Shown piece after piece: positions 12,822-24,300 of a stretch of DNA of 64,000 bases. Origin of the DNA: Octopus sinensis (taxonomy: Eukaryota); assembly GCF_006345805.1 (NCBI RefSeq), contig NC_043011.1, positions 21,712,464-21,776,463 of the forward strand, in the 5' to 3' direction. Each line of letters starts with the position of its first letter. Positions within the stretch are counted from its first letter, which is position 1. The notes under the pieces are model-generated. The model saw nothing but the letters and a program-made list of their open reading frames with translations, did not search any database and had not been told where the DNA came from. Both the position numbers and the translations under genes were made by a program.

Positions 12822-15800
12822 CTACAAAACATATATAAAAAAAAAAATCATGTACTGTTTCAGAATCAACATTAGAAATCTGTCACAAAATTAAAAGTTA
12901 GAGAAGATATTTAGGAGGCGGGGGGGACAAGATGTCATGTTTGCCAAAGTGGGAAGGGAGATGTCGATTCATAGTCTCTCTCTCTCTTTTACTTGTTTCA
13001 GTCATTTGACTGCGGCCATGCTGGAGCACGACCTTTAATCGAGCAACTCGACCCCGGGACTTATTCTTTTGTAAGCCCAGTACTTATTCTATCGGTCTCT
13101 TTTGCCGAACAGCTAAGTAACGGGGACATAAACACACCAGCATCGGTTGTCAAGCAATGCTAGGGGGACAAACACAGACACACAAACACACACATGCATA
13201 TATATATATATATATACATATATACGACGGGCTTCTTTCAGTTTCCGTCTACCAAATCCACTCACAAGGCTTTGGTTGGCCCGAGGCTATAGTAGAAGAC
13301 ACTTGCCCAAGATGCCACGTAGTGGGACTGAACCCAGTACAATGTGGTTGGTAAACAAGCTACTTACCACACAGCCACTCCTGCGCCTGTCAACATTTCA
13401 CTGCTCTTAGTAGGGACACATAGTTGTTTGTCAACAACAGCTATTGGCGGTGTATTCTTCGTTTATTACTATTATTTTATGACATCGTTCGTGCGTTTGT
13501 ACTAGTTTTAGATTTAAGGTGTTAGGGTTAGGGTTTTGGTTTTAGTGTTAGGGTTGTCATAAATAACAGTGACAAACGAAAAATACACCGCCGGAAGTTT
13601 TTGTTGACAAACAATGGCAGTAATTTTATTCAGCTGAATACATGTCATTGATTGGTTGAAATTACCGAAATAGGACTACTTTAACGTGAAATTACTTCGT
13701 AAATATAAGTTTTGGATCTTTTCGGTTTGACTGGCAGTTTTTTCTAGCGGTGTCATATGAAATTGTCACCCATAATTATGACCCTAGTATCGATCTATTG
13801 CATTTCAATCTGTTTTAGGTTTAGGGTTAGGGTTGGTGGGGAAGGGTAGCTTTTTTTTCTTCAGAAATGTAAATGAACCCAATCTGTTTCTTAAACGAGG
13901 GACATTTTCATACAGCACAGAATGTTTTCACCTCAATAGACGTCATTGATTGGTTGAAATTGCAGAAATTGAAGAAAAAAAACAATAAATATCTTACAAA
14001 GTATAGAATTTTCTCAATAAAGCCAAGAGAAAAAGATGTTTTATAAACACATTCTACCAGTATACGAAGTTTAAAAGTGTTTAGTTACGTGGAAATTATT
14101 TTTAAAAACTGCCGTTCAAACCGAAAAGATCCTAAGTTTTTCTCAAACATGCTAAGAGTAAAAGATGTTTTACATGAGACATTCTACCAGTGTCCAAAGT
14201 TTGAAAGTGTTTAGTTACAAAAAATTATTTTTTTAATCTGTAGGTCAAAAGGTAAAGATCCATCTTGCCTTCCCCGAAGCCGAAATAAGGGTTTGTGTCG
14301 AAAAACAAAAATTTTTTTATGGGTGGTTTTAAGGGGGTGGGTACGGGTGGAAGTCTTGCTCGGTATACTTGTAAGCATTAACCGAATGAAAAGCGAGTCG
14401 ACCTCGGCGGAATTTGAACTCAGTACGTAAAGTTAAACAACTATATTTTGACCAAATATTTTAGGTCAAACTAATTTAGGAAATATTGACAGTGGAAATG
14501 CCAACAAAGTGTGCCTAAGTGAAACAGTTTTGGAACGCATGCAACGAAAATTACAAATATTTTAACTCATTTCATAAATTATCGTTTTAGACACTTAACG
14601 TTCCCACCAACATACGAAATGTTGAAAATTTTCTGGGTCCCTCCCCGGTAAGGAGAGGGTTATATAATCGGCCTAACTACAGGGCGTAACAAATATCAGA
14701 AAATCAAAAAAAAAATGTGTGTAATAGGTGTAAAACAACTTCCTATGAACGAATATGAAAAAAAAAATTCGCGCACGCGAAAGGGGGGTGGGGGAGAGGC
14801 CTCGGAAAATTCACATCGGGAAGTTCCGAAAGCGTCTGAGGGGCTGACCCGGGCACCAAAACAAAAAAAAAATAGTGTAATATGTGTAAAACAACTTGCT
14901 CTAAACGAATATGAAAAAAAAAATGCGCTCTCGAGAAAGAGGGGTGGGGGAGAGGCCTCGGAATATTTATATCGAGAATTTCCGAAAGCGTCTGAACCGG
15001 GCACAAAAACAAAACAAAAACAGCGTAATAGGTGTAAAACAACTTGCTCTAAACGACTATCATGAAAAAAATGCGCGCTCGCGAAAGGGGGGTGGGGGAG
15101 AGGCTTCGGAAATTTCACATCTTCAGTCCACGGCCTTTAAACTAAGAAAAAATAGTGTAATTGGTGTAAAACTACTGGTTAATATAAGGCGTAACAAATA
15201 TCAGAAAATCAAAAAAAAAATGTGTGTAATAGGTGTAAAACAACTTCCTATGAACGAATATGAAAAAAAAAATTCGCGCACGCGAAAGGGGGGTTGTTAC
15301 GCCTTATATTAACCGATTCCTGTCCCCCTCCCCGATTTTGGATGATCATAACTTTCAGAAAAATGGATATTTTTTAATGAAATTCTTTACAATTATACTT
15401 CAGACTATGTAGATTCCGAAGACATAGGAATTGGGGGTGGAGGAAACAATTGGGGGCTATTTTTGAGAAGCGTTCCCCACTCGTGGGTGTTTCGAAATAA
15501 GTCGTCCATATTTGTTTTATTTTCACCGTTTTGTGCATCCGTAGATTTCTACAGAAGCAACAAACAGGCAATGAAGGTAAAGGAAGCCCTCACCAGAAAA
15601 CTCGCTATGCTAAAAATAACAGCTAACGGTCTGGTACACAGGAATATGTTAGGACGACTTATCTGTTGCATACGAATTTTTTTTCGCACTTTAAGTAAAT
15701 TTCCCAGGTAAACGTGGTAAACGTTTCTAATAGAAAGGCAGAAGACACCAGAAGCAAAAATAAGGAATATACACAGTTAAATATATAAATGTATTGTTAC

Positions 15801-16666
15801 ATAATCTCTATAATAAACATGATATTAAATGGAATAATTCCCCGTTTGAACCTTTTTTAATTACATATATATGAGTGTGTTTGTGTGGTAGAATGCATGC
15901 ACAAAGGCACAGATTTCTGTAGTTATGCCAAAACCCAATGTATCCTTTATTTATGACGATATAGTAATATTTTGGATGGTATTAATTCTTGGAATCCTCC
16001 AGAGAATTAAAACAGAGACAACGTGTTATTGTTGCAAAATAAGCTCCCTAACAGATGACATCTTTATATATAAAAGTCAAGTTGTGTGTCTGTCTCCTAC
16101 GATTTAGATTCCTAACTACTCCCACATTTTTCGGAGCAGTGTAACCAAAAGCGGGTATCTTATAGTCGTGATTCATATCGAGCCCTTCTAGGTATTAGCG
16201 CACGTCTACAATGAGTCTATGATTTTAAAAATAATTTACCATAATTTTTTTCCATTTTAATGCATTTTTTTCGCTATTATATAAGGGAAGTAATTCTCTA
16301 AAAATGTCTACGATGAGTCAACGATTTAAAAAGAAATTTACCATCATTTTTTTTCCATTTTTAATGCATTTTTTTGCTATAACTCTCTAAAAATGCTTAT
16401 ATAGTTATTTCCCTTACAAACCCGAGCAACGCCGGGCGATACTGCTAGTCTTTTTATAAAACAAAAGTGACAGGCAGTAGTAGTGCTGCGTATATGCATT
16501 CCTTCTGAAATTATTAACAAAACGGGGAAATCAACAATAAATAACGAAGTGGGATTCTTAATAAGAATCGGTCACCACGTTTAAAGAAATATATAATTCT
16601 TATTTACCAGAATTCAATGTGCACATTTAAACCCGAGGAAAATCCACATCCTTCGTGTTCTGTCAT
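12721..16666 (-). CDS. Rdx-family selenoprotein (SelW2/MIEN1-like), 5' part: complement(join(12721..12821,16608..16666)); 3' exons not located
   Basis: Two GT-AG exons with matching phases translate to MTEHEGCGFSSGLNVHIEFC-NS-U(TGA 12812-12814)-GYEDRVDELRTKIQRDVPEACVTNSISDRT(G). The V-x-I-E-F-C-x-x-U-G-Y motif, following helix and ..TG exon end match the thioredoxin-like Rdx family (SelW VVYCGAUGY, MIEN1 IVVEYCEPCGF). Confidence 0.85.
12985..13388 (-). mobile_element. tRNA-derived SINE (family A), full length; similar copies 20428-20820(+), 38920-39300(-), 43893-44287(-), 57760-58120(-), 59565-59925(-), 62405-62768(+)
   Basis: Near-identical shared sequence among copies. Confidence 0.85.
13714..14132. 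mobile_element. MITE with GG..CC termini and 8-bp TSD (Merlin-like), nested in a related element (~13400-14261)
   Basis: TIRs GGATCTTTTCGGTTTGA / TCAAACCGAAAAGATCC; exact TSD TAAGTTTT at 13706-13713 and 14133-14140; internal TTAGGG tract. Confidence 0.85.
14682..15314. repeat. ~150-bp tandem subrepeat array ending in a small inverted-repeat element (15177-15314)
   Basis: GTGTAAAACAACTT..AACGAATATGAAAAAAAA..GCGAAAGGGGGGTGGGGGAGAGGC unit in 3-4 copies; GGTTAATATAAGGCGTAAC / GTTACGCCTTATATTAACC inverted termini. Confidence 0.75.
16061..16448 (+). mobile_element. Non-autonomous Helitron in the first intron of the Rdx gene
   Basis: A|TC 5' start (TCTTTATATATAAAAG..GTGTGTCTGTC), subterminal hairpin CCCGAGCAACGCCGGG, CTAG|T 3' end, no TSD. 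Confidence 0.8.
16608..16666 (-). CDS. Rdx selenoprotein coding exon 1 (MTEHEGCGFSSGLNVHIEF+TG)
   Basis: ATG at 16666-16664; donor TG|GTAAAT; 59 nt, ends phase 2 inside the Cys codon. Confidence 0.8.
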
Positions 16667-16833
16667 ATTTGCTGGAAAACAAGCAGCACTTTGCTGGTTG
16701 AAACGAAAATATATAACGATAAAAATATGACTCTACAGTAGAATTCGAGAGAAATGTTTTTGAAATAGAACGGAAGTAAGGGAAGACAATTCTAATTATA
16801 AAAAATAATAATTTCGGCTAATATTCTGTAAAT

Positions 16834-17052
16834 CAGTGCTTTCCAAACTTTTTGCTGGAGTGGAACCCCAAGGAAACATTCCACTGGCTCGAGGAACCCC
16901 TGTGCAATAATTTAATAGTCTTATGCACACATATCTGCACAGGAGAATTAAAAATTACTGCCGATTTTAGCAGTTTTGTAACTTCTTGCGGAACCCCTGG
17001 ACAGTACTGGCGGAACCCTAAGGTTCCGCAGAACCCTGGTTGAAAACCACTG
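16834..17052 (+). mobile_element. hAT MITE (219 bp)
   Basis: CAGTG..CACTG termini; exact 8-bp TSD CTGTAAAT; near-identical inverted copy at 60923-61141. Confidence 0.9.
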
Positions 17053-17237
17053 CTGTAAATACTTGTACAAAAACAATTGCAGCGTGGAAGGTGTTCATAA
17101 GCCATTTAAAAATACACAAAAACCGTTAGATCCACTTCAACATTTAAATTCAATTTGCCAAAATATTTTCGTCGCTTTGAGACCACGACAAAATTCCGTC
17201 TGCATCTTGGACTAAGTAATATACATTTCGCTATTGG

Positions 17238-17816
17238 CTACAGGGGGCTAAACATAGAAGGGACAAACAAGGAGACAAGGGGATTAAGTCGATTACATCG
17301 ACCCCAGTGATTAACTAGTACTTATTTAATCGACCCCGAAAGGATGAAAGGCAAAGTCAACCTCGGCGGAGTTCGAACTCAGAACGTAACGGCAGACGAA
17401 ATACCTATTTCTTTACTACCCACAAGGGGCTAAACACAGAGTGGGCAAACAAGGACAAACAAACGGATTAAGTCGATTATATCGACCTCAGTGCGTAACT
17501 GGTACTTATTTAATCGACTCCGAAAGGATGAAAGGCAAAGTTGGCCTCGGCGGAATTTGAACTCAGAACGTAGCAGTAGATGAAATACCTATTTCTTATG
17601 CACACATATCTGCACAGGAGATTTACTATCCACAAGGGGCTAAACACAGAGGAGACAAACGGATTAAGTCGATTATATCGACCTCAGTGCGTAACTGGTA
17701 CTTAATTTATCGACCCCGAAAGCATGAAAGGCAAAGTCGACCTCGGCGGAATTTGAACTCAGAACGTAACGGCAGACGAAATACCGCTAAGCATTTCGCC
17801 CGGCGTGCTAACGTTT
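17238..17816 (-). mobile_element. Tandem array of three units of a tRNA-derived SINE (family C); other copies ~31814-32048(+), ~53435-53618(-)
   Basis: Repeated ATCGACCCCGAAAGGATGAAAGGCAAAGTCGACCTCGGCGGAATTTGAACTCAGAACG (reverse-strand B box GAGTTCAAATTCC). Confidence 0.85.
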
Positions 17817-18599
17817 GGGGGAGGAAAGACTTCCTCCCGTCCCCACTCCCCATTTTCTCGCAAATTATTATTATAAACAACTTTTTTTTGCCCAAAACCC
17901 ACGTATTCGGTTACGGAGATTCCGGAAAATTGCCAAAAATCAGAATTTTGAAATTTTTGTCCCCCATCCCACCTTACTCCCTTTCCCCCAATTTCTTCAT
18001 TTTTTACTTCTTCCGTAACCCTAAAACTCTAACCCTAACCCTTAAACCCTCACCCTAACCCTAACCCTAAGTAGAAAAATTTTGGAATTTTTTCAGAATC
18101 ATAATCTCTGCATTTTTCCACATATTTTGACCAAAAAAATTTGTGAAACTAATGAGTAGTCAACAACCATTCAACAATGTGTGCATACACGTGCATGCGT
18201 GTGTGTGTGAAATCATAATCTATTTTATATTTTTATTTTTACATTCCTTATATATATATATCATCGTTCATCGTTTAGCGTCCGCTTTCCATGCTGGCAT
18301 GGGTTGGACGGTGCAACTGGGGTCTGGGAAGCCAGAAGGCTGCATCAGGCCCAGTCTGATCTGGCAATGTTTCTACGGCTGGATGCCCTTCCTAACGCCA
18401 GCACTCCATGAGTGTAGTGGGTGCTTTTTACGTGCCACCGGCACAGGTGCCAGACGAGGCTGGCAAACGGCCACGGTCGAATGGTGCTTTTTATGTGCCA
18501 CCGGCACGGAGGCCAGGCAAGGCTGGCGAACGGCATAGGCTGGCAAACGGCCATAGGCTGGCAAACGGCCTGAGGTTGGCAAATATATATATAAATAAT

Positions 18600-19325
18600 T
18601 GGTGGATGAGGACATAGCGACCCCTTCGGTGAGATGGTAGAAGAACATTCAGAAATAGCTCTGGTCCATTAGCTCTGACAAGGCAATTCTTCTTGGAGAT
18701 GGAAACTCCAACCTAAAACCTTGCCTGGCGGGCATGCAACCTGGTAGATCCTCACAAACCTGGATTCCGGCAACCCACTACAACTTCTGGATAGCTTTCG
18801 ATCATCTTAGATTTTTTTCCTTGCCACCAATCCCCTGTTGAACAAGAGTGAAGTGCATGCGAATGGGACTGTGTGCTCCAATTACCATCCTTAACAACTC
18901 CGCTGCACAAGCTTTGTTCTCACACCAGTCCTTTTCTTCCTGGCGAAGAAACCGCACCTGGAAAGCCATCCCACACTGCGGTCAAGGATTTAAAAGAAAA
19001 TCCTCAAGACCTTTCACTTTTGCTACCTGGAACATATGAACCTTGATAAACCATGATGACCATGATCGACCCCACCGTAAGACTGCACTCATCACCTCTG
19101 AGCTCAAACGATACAATGTGGGTATCGCCACACTCAGCGAAACAAGATTCTCTGATGAAGGCTGTCTCACTGAGGTTGATGACAGATATACATACTTCTG
19201 GAAAGCCCTTCCTCAAGGCAAAAATAAAGTTTATGGCGTAGGATTTGCCGTCCATTCGTCATTACTGAAGAACATCTCTATGATTCCAACTGGTATCAGT
19301 GAACGGCTGATGAGTTTCTGAATTC
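18600..19325 (+). mobile_element. RTE-clade LINE 5' fragment (APE endonuclease N-terminus)
   Basis: FATWNI*TL, RKTALITSELKRYNVGIATLSETR, YTYFWK, GVGFAV, GISERLM. Confidence 0.85.
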
Positions 19326-19329
19326 CCTT

Positions 19330-20315
19330 CTGTAACAAAGGAGGCTGAGAAATGCCAGCTGGTAGCTGCCTTCCACCCCAGGTTTCGCCTTATCTGGTTG
19401 GATAAGTATGACAACACCAAGGTCGCCAAAGTGAAGAAAAGCATGGAGAGTAAGGTTGAAGAGGCCATGAGGCAGCAGTCTGACGAAGTGAGCAGCAACA
19501 ACGAAGAGGAGGATGACTTCTTCAGTGGTGTCACTCAGCCAAAAGAGAGCAGCAGGAGCCACAGGTCACTCAGGGACAGGGCCCAGAATTTGGCAAAGAC
19601 CTGGTTGGGGATCAACTCCAAGGACCTGCTGATAGATGTTGCCTTTTAGGGTGAACAAGTGTTGGTGGACTTGTTCATCAAGATCAGTACAGCCATCCCT
19701 TCCAGTATTGCAGTGGAGTGTTTGTTCTCTATAGGCAAGGACATCTAAGGGCCAAGAGATCATCCCTATCTGATGAAAACTTTGACATGCTCATTTTCAT
19801 GAAGAGCAACATGCATCTCATGAACAAAATGGAGAATGAGAAAAGGAAAAAGTAAATTATATATATATCGTGGTTTTCATTTTTTTGATATTTTTATTTT
19901 TTTACGACCACTTTATCAATAAACTTTTTTAGTTTAATACTAAACTAAGGGGCTATTTTTTTCACCCTTTTCTGGCTCTAAAAGCCTTTAAAACACTAAA
20001 AAGAAAAGGATTAAAACTATGAAATCAGCCTTTTTTAGGTCTATAAAACTATAGTTTTGGGGTTCTAAAGCCCTTAAAATGACTGAAAAAAAGGCTGATT
20101 TTATAATTTTGGCACTTGTTGAAGGTGTTTTTAGGTGGTTTTAGAGCAAAAACTGATTTTATTTTTATATAATAAAAATTAACGTTAATGGTTTATCAAT
20201 AACTTCAGCTACATTTTTAAAGAATTTACTAATTAACAGTTATCGAAGTTAACTTTTTGGTTAACGGATTAACAGTTAATGAAGTTAACTTTTCGATTAA
20301 TAGTGCCCACCTTTG
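19330..20315 (+). mobile_element. hAT DNA transposon 3' fragment (dimerisation domain + terminus)
   Basis: AAFHPRF, LFIKISTAIPSSIAVECLFSIG, LSDENFDMLIFMK; subterminal AACAGTTA..GAAGTTAAC repeats, ends GTGCCCACCTTTG. Confidence 0.8.
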
Positions 20316-21221
20316 GAATGTATGTATGTATATATGTATACATGCATACTTATGTGGTACTTTACTCTAAATGGGTAATTTAATACATGAACATATGATG
20401 ACAACTATGCAAGATATTGATGATATTTGAGTGGCTGTGTTGTAAGTAGCTTGCTAACCAACCACATGGTTCCGGGTTCAGTCCCACTGCGTGGCATCTT
20501 GGGCAGGTGTCTTCTACTATAGCCCCGGGCCGACCAATGCCTTGTGAGTGGATTTGGTAGACGGAAACTGAAAGAAGCCTGTCGTATATATGTATATATA
20601 TATATATGTATGTGTTTGTGTGTCTGTCTCCCTAGCATTGCTTGACAACCGATGCTGGTGTGTTTACGTCCCCGTCACTTAGCGGTTCGGCAAAAAGAGA
20701 CCGATAGAATAAGTACTGGGCTTACAAAGAATAAGTCCCGGGGTCGAGTTGCTCGATTAAAGGCGGTGCTTCAGCATGGCCGCAGTCAAATGACTGAAAC
20801 AAGTAAAAGAGTAAAGAGTAAACCATTTACTGTAATGAGAGTTGCCTCCCTTTACTAATGCCTGTAAGTTTGAAAACAGTTTGCTTCGGATGTTCTGCAA
20901 TAAAGCCAAAAGTATTAACATACTTGGAAAATAACACCATGAAATATTCATTATGTTGATTTTTATACAAACAAAGAAACTTGAACGACATTAGGAATTT
21001 ATATAATTAAATATTTACATATTCCGAAAGCAAACAATTGTGGTACCGGAAGTTGTGTTAGCTTTCCAAATGTTTTCTGCATTATGTATGTAAACGCTTG
21101 ATTAATAAGAGTTTTGTTGATCTAACTAATCGCTCGGGTATAACACAATAATATATATATATATGAGATGAAATATTGATAGAATTTTCTAATAGAGAGA
21201 AAGTAACTTTTCTGTTTAATT

Positions 21222-21329
21222 ATGTCAAACGCGGAATATCTTCAGAAACAACTTAACATGTTAAAATGGGAAGAAAAATATATAAAATCAATTATAGAAC
21301 TTCACGAAGATCAATTAAGTCGTTTAAAA
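21222..21329 (+). CDS. SNAPC5: SNAPC5 coding exon 1
   Basis: ATG at 21222; donor AAA|GTAAGT; 108 nt, phase 0. Confidence 0.88.
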
Positions 21330-24300
21330 GTAAGTATAAAATGTATAAAATCTACATCCTGAATTTTCTGTGAACTATTTCCTTATGCTAGGAGATATAA
21401 AGTATTTATCTTCGTTCATTATATTCTCTTTGTTATGAATTTTGATTCAGTAGACTTATAATGAGATGCATTCCAGTCATGACCATTCCGTCTTTTTTCT
21501 CTATCAGGGGCTACATTGTCTATCGTATCTTTTTTGTTTTAGACTGCGAGTACCTTGAGGGAAATTTGGCTTCTATCACTAAGAAGTTGAGTGACTGTGT
21601 AGGGTTTCCCTTTGCCGTTAAAAATAAAAGATGCGCCTAAAAAAATAAACTATGAGAAGAAAACTAGTTATATGCTAAATTATTTCATGGCAGTTAACGT
21701 AACCAGTGGCAGTGTTTCTGATGTTATTTCGAACCACTTCACGGAAATAATCTTGATACCACTTCTCTGTTATCAGTTTAATGGGCGAAGGTAAAGAATA
21801 CGCACACCCGGTGTTTAGGGTTAGGGTTAGTTTTAGGGCTAGGGTTAGGGTTTTTGTTACGCCGAAAACCGGTGGTGTACGTATTCTTTTCCTCCGCCGT
21901 TTAATATTACGGAGATGTACTTGCATAGCAAGTGACCTAATCTGAGATCGTGTGCTGGAACGAAAACAATTGCTGCGTGGAAGGTGTTTATAAGCCATTT
22001 AAGAAACACACAAAAACTGTTAGATTCACTTCAACATTAAATTTAATTTGTCAAAATGTTTTCGTCGCTTTTAGACCACGACCTGTTCACTGACAAAATT
22101 CCCTGCTGCATCTCATACAATACAAGAGTTTCTAAAAAAAATTGACGCAAATACTAGGCCTCAATTCTGATGGACCTTGCATACATAACAAATCTGCATC
22201 CCAAAGCCTAGGTTACCCTCCTTAGAGACAAATATACTTTAGCCCCAATTACTTTCAGATCCTCTACAAAGATCAGCCTTACCCATTAAATCAGTACTAC
22301 TTCAGCATGCACACATTCTTCCTTCGTGATCCAACAAGGGAGTTTCTGTGCAGTCACTCAACCTGCTAGAAATAGCAGGTCTCAAATCACAACCTGTCGC
22401 CTTAAATAAGGAAAGAATGAATTAATAGCCATCGGAGTGCTGGAAGATGTGGTAGATCTGCAGGCATTCATTGGAAACACAGCTAGGGATCTCAGCTGTG
22501 TCCCTCCAAAAAGTGCTTCCCGCCTTGGCCAACCGGGATCCAAACCCAGGCTGATCAGGCTGTTGTTTACAGGCTTTACTGAGGTGCGGACATTCCATCT
22601 AGCTGCTGATAGAGCTTGACATGACAACATAATCAACTTTAGAACACTTCCTGGCCTACCACCTGATGTACGCCCAAAGCTAAGATTTGTAGCTTCTCTA
22701 AATCGCAACTCTGTGCCACAGGAGAGTTTTAACCTCCGCGATGATGGACAAATCTGGAAATGGATGCCAGTTGGACTGAGCAGACTACACCCACAACAAC
22801 AACTGGCAATACAAAAATCTTGGGAAACTAACCAAGAACAACCAGCCATCCCCTGTATATCATCATCTGAAATCCAGATATAAACTGCTGTCCTTGAATG
22901 CCCGTAGTTTATGCAACAAGGTGCATCTTTTTGACTCCTACGTCAAAAGTATCAACCCAGATTTCATCACAGTCACGGAAACATGGGCACACTCTGCACT
23001 CTGTGATGGAGTTTTCAGCATAGCCAGCTACAATCTGTTCTGCAAAGACCGCATTAATCACCGTGGAGGGGGTGTGATGATTTAGGTTTGATCAAATCTA
23101 TCGGCAATCCCGTGATGATTTGAACCAATCTCAGCAGGAAGTATTTTTCTGCAATATACACATGACCATGTCAACACTGCTGCTCGGAGTCGTTTACCGC
23201 CCCCCAAATTATCATCAAAACGCACAGCTTTTTGATATCCTCAGAGCTGCTGCCATGAAAACAACCGCGTATGTTTATATTGCGGGCGACTTCAATTTCC
23301 TTGAGATTGACTGGGAGGCCTTCCGTTGGCCGCAAAATGCAGACGATTTCCTTGAACTGGTGCTGAATTCAAATTGGTCCCAAGTCATTACCTCCCCCAC
23401 AAGGGGTAACAACACTTTGGATCTGCTACTTACCGCTTCTCCTGAAACAATCATTAGTGTCACTACTGAAGAACCTTTAGGTGACTCTGATCATTCCATG
23501 ATCATGGCCAACTTGTCTCTGGTTGTAACAAAAAACACAACCATCTTCAGACTGCCCGCTTTGACTAGAATAAAGCAGACTGGAGCTCTTATTGTACTGA
23601 GCTGCAATGCCCAAACTGGCTCTAAATTTATATGCCTCTGGAGATGTGGACACTATACTCCAGAACATTCTGAATTCAATATGGGTGGCATGTGCAGCAT
23701 CAGTACCACGCAAGCACAAAAAACCACCCAATAGTGCAATTTGGGAGACTGCAGCAGTCCGACTTGCCAGGAAAGAATGCCGTAATGCTGAACAGGAATA
23801 CAAATTGCACAAATCAGAGAGCAACAGGAAAAAGCGCAATAGATCAGCCAACCACCTTAGGCAGGTGACAAAAAAGGCAGTGCTTGAATTTGAACAACGC
23901 ATTGCAGCTAACCCTGACAGCAAAGTGTTCTGGAAGTATGTGCACTCAAAGCAGAGACCCCACTCTCCAGTTGGTCCCCTTCGCAATCCTCACACAGGAC
24001 AGATTACTGGCAATCCCGAAGAATGTGCAGAAATCATTGCTGGATGCTATGCCGGCATCTTTACTGTCGAAGACCAAAATATTCCATCTTCATCACCACT
24101 GACATCGGACTCTATATCTACTATGCAATTTACACCAGCAATGCTACAACGCCACCTTAAGAATAAACGCAACTATACCTCTCCTGGTCTCGATGGTGTT
24201 ACATACCTACTTCTCAAACACGGTGGGTACTTTCTTCTAAGCCAACTTTCTCTATTCTTCCAATTCTGTCTTGACAATAGTGTTACTCCAGAACAGTGGA

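Noticed and set aside
18016-18070. (CCCTAA)n as a true telomere or fusion site
   Set aside because: Short, degenerate and embedded among repeat fragments.
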